Shown: piece by piece, positions 10,032 to 17,908 of the stretch | How the letters are laid out: each line of letters opens with the position of its first letter | Numbering within the stretch: position 1 is the stretch's first letter | Assembly (NCBI GenBank): GCA_051942245.1 | Contig: JAVECL010000053.1 | Span: 51,505 to 71,504, forward strand | DNA: 20,000 bases | Direction: 5' to 3' | Origin: Trypethelium eluteriae | Lineage: Eukaryota | Program-made: the position numbers and the translations under genes | Notes under the pieces: model-generated | Databases searched by the model: none | What the model was told of the DNA's origin: nothing | Seen by the model: the letters and a program-made list of their open reading frames with translations, nothing else

Positions 10032-11982
10032 ATGGCCATTTTCAAGAGACAAAACTCGACCACCGTCCCTGCGCCTTTCTCCTACTCAACCTCTCAGTCA
10101 TGGGATGGAAACGATGGAAAATGGTCGACCTTCATAGTTCGCGTCGGCACCCCTCCGCAAGACTTTCGAGTCCTTCCCTCCACCGCCGGACAAGAAACAT
10201 GGGTTCCCAACCCAGAAGGCTGCACACCGAGTGATCCTAGTGATTGCGGGTCTTCAAGAGGGGTACAAGAGTTCAACGGTCAACAGGGCACGGGTTTCCT
10301 GACCAACGAGTCGTCGTCATGGCAAGCATTAGGAGTATACGACCTTGCATTCGAGCAGAACCTCAATTACGAGACAAACGTGACCTATGACGGGCAAGGT
10401 CTCTACGGTTTTGATACTGTTGGACTGCAGGTGGAGAATTCCGGAGGGCTCACATTGAATCATCAGATCGTTGCAGGCATTGCCTTGAAGCAGTTCTACC
10501 TTGGACTGTTTGGACTTGGAATCAAGCCGGCGAACTTCACAAGCTTCTCAAACCCACAACCGGCATTTCTACCATCTGCAGTCTCTCAAAATCTAATTCC
10601 CAGCCAATCATGGGGCTACACGGCTGGTGCACCCTATCGTGAGTGAACTCATTCCGTTGAAGTCTTTCAGAAAGCTAAGGGTCTTGTTCAAAGGTTTACA
10701 GCAGGTCGATGGTAGCCTTACATTGGGAGGCTACGATGCATCGCGATTTGAACAGAGTAATATCACTTTTCCCTTCGGACCTGACGATTCTCGGAGTTTA
10801 GTCGTCAATGTACTGTCTATTCTTGCCGAAAGTACACTCAGCGGCACTGCGAACATGATGTCCGAGACGATTCTCTCCTTCATCGATTCCTCCATACCTG
10901 AGATTTGGCTGCCACAAGACGCCTGTGACCAGTTCGCAAGTCATTTTGGCCTTCAATACGATCCTCAGACCGACCGTTATCTTGTCAACAATACAATTCA
11001 TTCGCAGCTCAAAACGCTCAATCCCACTGTCACTTTCCGTCTCGCTGTCGATCCGCTTGGTTCCTCTTTCCAGGACATAATTCTTCCGTATGCTGCATTT
11101 GATCTCCAAGCCAGCTATCCCATCTACGAAAATGCTACCAATTATTTTCCCATTCGTCGCGCTGCTAACAACACGCAATATACCATTGGTCGTACCTTCC
11201 TCCAGGAGGCCTATGTCATCACCGATTATGATCGTCAGCAGTTTTCGGTGAATCAAGCCTCGTTCCCGGACAGCGGAACAATGCCCCCACAACACATCGT
11301 CGCTATCCATCCACCCGGTTTTGGTGGCAACAACGGGACCTCAAATTCAAACTCGAGCAGTGGACTCTCTGGTGGCGCCATTGGCGGCATCGTTGTTGGT
11401 GCCGTTGTCGGCGTCGCTCTCATTGCAGGACTCATATTCTTCTTCCTCCGCCGCAATCGCAAATCTAAGAAGGCTGCTGAACTCGATGGTACACAGCCTG
11501 ATAAGCCACATGACACTGCAGCACTCGGACAGCCTGCTCCAGGATTCTTCGCTCAAGACAATAAGTCGCAGGGCTCTGAGCTCATGTCTGATCCTCGTCA
11601 TGAAATGCCATCCCCTGGACCTGTATACGAGGCTGATGGGACAGCGAAGAGGAATACGCATGAGATGAGTGGGCAGAGCAGTCCGAGGGGAGTTATTCCT
11701 GAGTTATACTCTGACACAAATCCAAGAGCCGAGTTAGAAGCCGGGAACAAGGCGGGAAGGAGCATAAATCCAAATGATCACTTCTACGAACTGCCCGGAG
11801 ATGGCGTATCAAGATTTGGCGGAAGTGCTCCAACAAGTCCAGGGTTGGGTGAGAGTGCTGGGGGAAGCCCACGTCTTGGCAGAAGTCCCAGCCGAAGTCC
11901 ACATTTGAGTCCAACGTATGGGAGCCAGAGCTCAGGCACGGCCAGGAGTCCAAGTCCATTAGGGCCGAGTGTGAGAAGATGA
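10032..11982 (+). CDS. Membrane-anchored pepsin-fold (peptidase A1-like) protein, likely non-peptidase homologue, 2 exons: 10032-10638, 10694-11982 (631 aa)
   Basis: WDGNDGKWSTF..VGTPPQDFRVLPSTAG, GLYGFDTV, YLGLFGLG, SWGYTAGAPY-R-LQQVDGSLTLGGYD, FIDSSIPEIWLP, IGRTFLQEAYVITDYDRQQFSV; TM GAIGGIVVGAVVGVALIAGLIFFFL-RRNRK; cytoplasmic tail. Intron 10639-10693 is GTGAGT...GCTAAG...AAAG. Confidence 0.9.
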
Positions 11983-12124
11983 AATCCATGTACTAGACGC
12001 ACATAGGAGCCCATTGCCTTCGGTTTCCATAGATCGCGGAATACCTTGTTAATAGCTGCGAGAGAACCCAGTGCTCGACCCAAACACCAGCCACGCTGAG
12101 AGGGGAGCAAGAATCGTATGCGTT

Positions 12125-12682
12125 TCAGAGAACACGCATACCATCGATGCTATATCGATTTCCACAATAGACGACTCCGAATTCGATCAGGCCTAGCGAA
12201 GACCACAGGAGGACTACCTTGCAGCCGCCAAATCTCATACCTTTCACGCACCGGACGATAGCTGGGAGCGTCGTTTGCACAGCTATTATCATCACTAGCG
12301 TATATACCAAGGATAGAGCCTCCGCAGACCAACTGAAGCCCTGCCGACTCCACTCACTCACCCAATATACCACAGCCGACTCCAGTAACCAGGCAGTCAC
12401 CAGGAGGGCTCCCGTCTTCATCCTTCCTATTATTGTGGCATCGATCGTCTTCACGCGCGAAGCCACATCGGCGGGTAGGTCCAATAGTGCCGTGATCAGG
12501 AGGGATGCGACCTGGGAGATGAGGAATATCATTTTGGTCTGGGCGGGGAACAAGCCGATGATGAAGAGGAGGATGCTAGGACCCCAGAACCAGAGGTGCC
12601 AGTGCATGAAGTGAAAGAGGAGGTCGGGCTGGTTGAGGCGGATACGGGTACGGGTGCGGCGGGTGTAAAATCGTGGTGGCAT
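12125..12682 (-). CDS. Hypothetical multi-pass membrane protein (185 aa from first ATG)
   Basis: Uninterrupted ORF with an Arg-rich N-terminus and about five hydrophobic segments (LWFWGPSILLFIIGLF, MIFLISQVASLLITALL, GALLVTAWLLESAVVYWV, ALSLVYTLVMIIAV, VVLLWSSLGLIEFGVVY). Fills an otherwise empty interval. No family recognised. Confidence 0.55.
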   Translation of the reverse strand: MPPRFYTRRTRTRIRLNQPDLLFHFMHWHLWFWGPSILLFIIGLFPAQTKMIFLISQVASLLITALLDLPADVASRVKTIDATIIGRMKTGALLVTAWLLESAVVYWVSEWSRQGFSWSAEALSLVYTLVMIIAVQTTLPAIVRCVKGMRFGGCKVVLLWSSLGLIEFGVVYCGNRYSIDGMRVL

Positions 12683-13353
12683 TCTTGGCACTGGGTACTC
12701 GGAGACGATGCGGAATGGGTGTAAGCTGTTTGGAACGTGGTAATATGGTAATATGTAAGATCTGGAGGAGACGCTCGTAATCAGTTGGATATGCTGAGGA
12801 ATTGGAAAATGTCAGGAAGAGCCTGTTCGAAAAACGTTGGTGATGGCTTTGGGAAAAGAGAGTCCTCTGTTCGCATAGGCACACTTCAAGAGGAACTAAG
12901 TTATTAGTCTGTTGAGAGAGGTCGCGAAATTATAGCAAAACCAGGTCAGGTGTGTGATACTTGGTAGGATTAACAAATATCTATTGTGTACATTCGCAAT
13001 CACAAGTGGTCACACTTTCACACACAGCCTTGCCAAAACATTTATCCCTGCTCATCATCTCAATCTACCAGCGCAAATGTCCTGATGAATCCAACATATA
13101 CATTCTAATTCGTAGGCTAAGAAGTTAGCAGCCAGCTCGCCTGGAGCTTACGTGAAACTTACCTTTGAAGCACTCCGTGATCGCACATTAGATTTCCTGG
13201 TGACTGAGGAATTTCCTCCACTCCAAGCGACTCGTCCTCACCACACGCCAACATTCCCATTGTATCTTTCCTGGGAGCGGGGAGGCGTCTCTATCACGAC
13301 CGTCTCGTCTCGTGCGAAAATAGACCGAAAGGTCCAGAGCAAGTCCCGTCCTA

Positions 13354-14817
13354 CTATACAAAGCGATGCTCACCCCTCCCCCCGACGTTCCTCTCTTTCT
13401 TCCTCCGAGTCACCTCCTCCGCCTCCCTCTCCTCTTTAATCTCCTCGTCCAACTCCTCTCTCAACCCCAACAGATTCGGCGGAATATGCCTCATCTGCAC
13501 ACTCGGCGCCCCCTGCAAATACCTCAACTGCTCACGAATCTTCGCCTTGATATTCTCAAAGTACTTGCGGTCGTGCTGATTCGGGTGGCGCACCTCCAGA
13601 TTCGAGAGGTTGGGGTACAGCTGCATGTCGCCGTGCGCGACGCCCGCAAACGCCTGCCGATACGGTATGTGCGCCGGCAGCTCGTTGTTCAGCTGCGCCT
13701 GCACGCACAGCGACGTCTCGTGGCACCACACCCGCGCCACGTTGCGCGCCGTGTAGCCGCCGCCTCCGATCACCAGCAGTGGCAGCCCTTGCCGCTTGAT
13801 GAAGTCGATGCAGTGGCCGTGCGCGGTGATGTTGAGGTTGAAGCGGCCGAGCCGGTCGCCCCCGAGCGAGTCGGCGCCGCATTGCAGCACGATGGCCGTG
13901 GGGTGGTAGGATTCGATGACGGCGCCGGTGACGGTGTCGAAGAGGTCGATGTACTCGTCGTCGTCGATGCCGTCTTTGAGGGGCACGTTCAGTCCGTGGT
14001 GGGCGCCGGGGTTGTTGGGGTTTTCGGGTCCAGTCTCGTGGAGGCCGCCGGTGCCGGGGAAGAATTCCTCGGGGTTGTATTTGTGGTAGGAGAGGGTCAT
14101 GACGCGGTCGGTGGAGGCGAAGGCTTGTTCGACGCCGTCGCCATGGTGCACGTCGATGTCGACGTAAAGGATGCGCGGATGGTGGCGCAGGAGCTCGACG
14201 ATGGCGACGACGATGTCGTTGATGTAGCAGAAGCCGGATGCCTCGGACTTTTTGGCGTGGTGGAGGCCACCAGACCAGTTGATTGCTATATCGGCTTGAT
14301 TGTTGATCAATTTTCGCGCCGCATCGATGCTGGCACCGCTGTAGAGGGTACAATAATCCCATAGACCGTCGAAGACAGGGCAATCATCGCCAAAGTTATA
14401 TTGGCGCAGCAGTTCTTGACGATCAACGACATCCTTCGGTCTTACAGATTCGAGAAACTCCAAGTAATCGCTTTTGTGGAACATTTCCAGTTCTTCCTTG
14501 GAGGCCGCTCTCGTTTCATAACAGTCCATGGCGTACTGAAGGCCATAAGATAGGACAAGCTGTTTCGTAAGCGTCAGGCGCCATGGCTTCATAGGATGAT
14601 GACGACCAAAATGATGGCTTTCAACATCATGATTGTAATGAAATGAGACAGTGCATCCATGAGGACGTTCGATATTGTTCAAATCAACTTGGCGGAGAAT
14701 CTTGTCCTGAAGGGAGAGGCTGTCGATGTCCATTTCGTCTTCAGGACTTGGCCTGCCATACTCTTGCACTATTGATTGGCCAAGCGAAGGAACCGGCAGT
14801 CTTGTAAGTACCGACAT
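13354..14817 (-). CDS. HOS2: Class I histone deacetylase, Hos2/HosA type (487 aa, apparently intronless)
   Basis: HHFGRHHPMKPWRLTLTKQLVLSYGL (Hos2-type rather than Rpd3-type HPMKPHRIRM), GDDCPVF, NWSGGLHHAKK, SGFCY, DIDVHHGDG, QCGADSL, GGGGY catalytic and Zn-binding motifs. Confidence 0.95.
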   Translation of the reverse strand: MSVLTRLPVPSLGQSIVQEYGRPSPEDEMDIDSLSLQDKILRQVDLNNIERPHGCTVSFHYNHDVESHHFGRHHPMKPWRLTLTKQLVLSYGLQYAMDCYETRAASKEELEMFHKSDYLEFLESVRPKDVVDRQELLRQYNFGDDCPVFDGLWDYCTLYSGASIDAARKLINNQADIAINWSGGLHHAKKSEASGFCYINDIVVAIVELLRHHPRILYVDIDVHHGDGVEQAFASTDRVMTLSYHKYNPEEFFPGTGGLHETGPENPNNPGAHHGLNVPLKDGIDDDEYIDLFDTVTGAVIESYHPTAIVLQCGADSLGGDRLGRFNLNITAHGHCIDFIKRQGLPLLVIGGGGYTARNVARVWCHETSLCVQAQLNNELPAHIPYRQAFAGVAHGDMQLYPNLSNLEVRHPNQHDRKYFENIKAKIREQLRYLQGAPSVQMRHIPPNLLGLREELDEEIKEEREAEEVTRRKKERNVGGRGEHRFV

Positions 14818-15330
14818 CGTAGTGCCCCGAAGTGGGAGTGGTCAACTTCTTCTGAGTTCTCATGCTTCCAACTGCTGTCCTCTCTTGGCCGAGTCCGTGA
14901 TCTTGAATTTTACGTAAGCAGTTGGAGTTGGAACTGAGCTAAGCCAAATGCAGTTGAATGCGACAATTACCTCTCATCGGAAACTCAAAGCTGAGCTTGA
15001 AGTACGATTATCACGTGTGACTCTTGGTGACTGAATGTAGCTTACCTTATCCAACTTGACATCATAGTACTTGCATCTGTATTCACCACGCGAGCCGAGT
15101 CGCGTAACTACCTTACACGTACTCCGTATATTCACCGTTCAATCTCGCCACCTTTTCGCCTCGTGGGGGCTTCATCCAATTTCTCGTCATCGCCAAACCC
15201 ATCCAACTAGACGATATTTTCCATTTGCTTCTCAAGTTCTCCGTCTCTAAGCCAAGGCTTTCTTATTGTCTCTAAGATCAAGTTGTGGTTTCGACGGACC
15301 AAAGGACTCCAAAGCATGTGATTTTTTATC
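14818..15330. promoter_or_regulatory. Putative bidirectional promoter region between HOS2 and ING/YNG2
   Basis: 513 bp lie between the divergent ATGs. Contains TCACGTG (15011-15017), adjacent TGACTC (15018-15023) and the inverted pair ACGCGA-n6-TCGCGT (15088-15105). Function of the motifs is inferred. Confidence 0.55.
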
Positions 15331-16704
15331 ATGGCGGCTGCTGAGGATCCCGCGTCCGTATTAGAACAGTTCATTCATGATGGTATGTCATTCTCTTTCT
15401 TATGCCATGCCTAACTTTTCATTGACACCTCGCTAGCTGCCAATTTACCGGCAGAGATCGCGCATTTATTGGAAGAGATCCAGGCCAAGGATGCAGTCCT
15501 TCAGCAATGCAAAGAAACGATCAACAAGCATGATGGCAGCCTTCAAAAGTTTGTCAAGATGAACGGTGGTCACGTCAAGAATCCGAAAGAAGAGTCATAT
15601 CATCAAATAATCCGTCAAAACTACGATACAGCCGAGACATTGCAAGCAGAACAGATTGGCTTAAGTGAGAAGGCGGTCACACTCGTAAGTCGCTCGTTAG
15701 GCACTAATTTTTTTGTTTCTCAACGCGTCACTTTCTGATATCGCCTGAAGATCGAGCGTCACATGAAGCGGTTGGACATCAAGCTTCGTGATTTACAAAA
15801 TGACGGATCGATGCCACTCGACCCGAACATGCCTTCGTTACTCCGAGAATCTGTTGGAAACCAAGTACCACCACCGTCGTCCAATGGCAGTACCGGCGTC
15901 AACACACCGCTCAACCCACTCTCGATCAACACGACCACTGGCGGAAGCGCGAATATTGCGAACGCAGCTATGGCACGCATGGCTTCTCATGCTGCAAGTG
16001 GAAGACTTGGTTCACCAGCAGTGGCCGGCATGCAACCCCATCCGATGGCCACTCCGTCCCACCTTGCCAGCGCCACCTCGAGCATGAGTCAGAATCAGCG
16101 GGAAATGTCAGTGGGGAGCGAGAGTAAGCGACGCAAGCTCAATCAAAGCCTCAGCAATTTACCCACAGCATCGTCAAATCTTGCGAGGCAGTCTTCCTTA
16201 GGTCCCGGCACACCCAAAGCCGGCACGCCAGGAAGTCGTGCTGGAAGCGCAGGACCTCGCCCTGCCATCAAGAAGGCGACATCGCGAAAAGTCGCACCGC
16301 ATCAGCAAATGCGGAAGAAGGTCGCTGGTCGGCCTAGTCTTCCCAACAAGAAAGCAGGGCGTCGTCTTTTGGGTGGCTCTCGTGCCTCTCCATCTACGAC
16401 AAATGATGATGAATCGCAACTCAGCGAGGATGTCGGTTCCGAAGATGAAAATACATCGGCAATTGCAGCTAACGACGGCGCCGCAGACGAGGACATGGAA
16501 GGTGATGAGGAAGAAGGGGACGACACTAAATACTGCATTTGCCACAGCGTAAGTTACGGTGATATGGTGGCGTGCGATAACGACAACTGTCCCTACCAGT
16601 GGTTTCACTGGGGATGTATCGGGATTGACAAGGAACCCGTGGGGGACTGGTTGTGCGATCACTGTCGGAAGCTGCCAGCAGGACAGATCAAGAAGGCTAG
16701 GTAG
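15331..16704 (+). CDS. YNG2: ING-family PHD finger protein, Yng2-like (NuA4 subunit), 3 exons: 15331-15382, 15437-15684, 15751-16704 (417 aa)
   Basis: [36 protein letters not shown] (ING N-terminal domain)...EKAVTL|IERHMKRLDIKL; C-terminal PHD YCICHSVSYGDMVACDNDNCPYQWFHWGCIG...WLCDHC. Introns 15383-15436 (GTATGT...CTAG) and 15685-15750 (GTAAGT...CTGAT...GAAG). Confidence 0.92.
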
Positions 16705-17544
16705 ATGAGCAGACCACGTTCAGCGATCCAAGGTTGAGGATTTGAAGGGGTGGTCTTAACTAGCAGGACAGTATGAGAAATCCGGGTTTGCTCCTGCTCC
16801 TATTTCTGCATGTGTGCAGACAGATAGCCTACCAAATGCATAATGGCAAAGTCAATGACGATCGAGCTTGGTTTTATCGAAGCTAATGCGAGCAATTTCG
16901 TAGCAGCGGTCTCCCCGATGAACTCTGTTGCTGCCCATAATATTCTCATGCCGGATTATGCCGTTGGCACACGGAAATTTGAAAATCGAGCTTTTGTTGT
17001 TTGTAGAATAGTGCCGGTACTCCTTTTTGGATGCCTGGTCTCTCCCTACCAAGCACTGAACATTTGCATGGGGATTGCCTGGGGATTGCCGAGCGCCACG
17101 AGATTTTGAGCATTGGAGTTTGCAGTTGTCCTGCTCTCATGGAAATCCGTTGGTTCAGTCTCAGGGGCAAGCGCGCTCATCCCTGACTCCAACCCCTTTC
17201 TGGAAAGCATCGAATGTTCGGGTCGCGGGCGGGAGCAAGGGTCACCCGGACGGCTGAGCCAACGGTAAATTGCGGTGAGGGATGACAAGCCTCTGGAAAT
17301 GAGTGGCTAGTCGGCTTTGTAGTTTAGATATCGGACGCTTCTTGAAGCTGATTAGAGGAAGGATGGAGGATAGGGTTGGTGGTTGTAGGCGCGCATGCAG
17401 GTCCGCGTAGTACCAGTACCTAAGGTAATCGAGTCGCCAGGCTAGAGCGGCCTCGTGCAGGCGACCACCACCAACAATCCCCCAGATCGTGTGCCTTTAC
17501 TTGTCTCTGCTCTAAGGAATCTCAGTCAGAATCACGAATTTCTT

Positions 17545-17562
17545 CAGACTCAGACTCAGACT
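17545..17562 (+). repeat. (CAGACT)3 short tandem repeat upstream of the Spa2-like gene
   Basis: Three exact CAGACT units read directly. Confidence 0.7.
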
Positions 17563-17908
17563 CTCCTCGTAACTTCTAATACTAATCGCTCTCGAGCACC
17601 GTACTCGGTAATCTGATCGAGTTGCACAAGTCTCGCGGTGGACTGTGCCGCCTCAGCCCTACCCTCCGACACAATCCTCTGTAACCAAATTGTTTCACAA
17701 TCCACTTCTTGCACCGCTCGCCAGACCAAGGCCTTGCTTTTTGGCCGTTCAAGTCCATCTCGTCATACGGAGCTCGGTGGTCGATCAACCTCGCGCCTTT
17801 GCCGTCACGATTGGCAAGGTTGCGAGGCTTTGAAGGAAGCTCCTACTACAAAGGAGTTTCTCGGCGCTAGGCAGACTGGCGACCCTGCCCACCACCACAA
17901 CAACCAGA

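Noticed and set aside
13366..14383. Long overlapping ORFs on HOS2 (332 aa +, 275 aa -)
   Set aside because: Explained by extreme GC3 bias removing stops in the antisense and shifted frames; no recognisable motifs.
15039..15048. Strong donor-like AAG|GTAAGCT on the - strand upstream of HOS2 (possible 5'UTR intron)
   Set aside because: No clear branch point and acceptor pair downstream; cannot be supported without transcripts.
16705..17908. Short ORFs and a GC-rich patch (~17215-17260) between YNG2 and SPA2
   Set aside because: No coherent gene model, tRNA cloverleaf or convincing hairpin.
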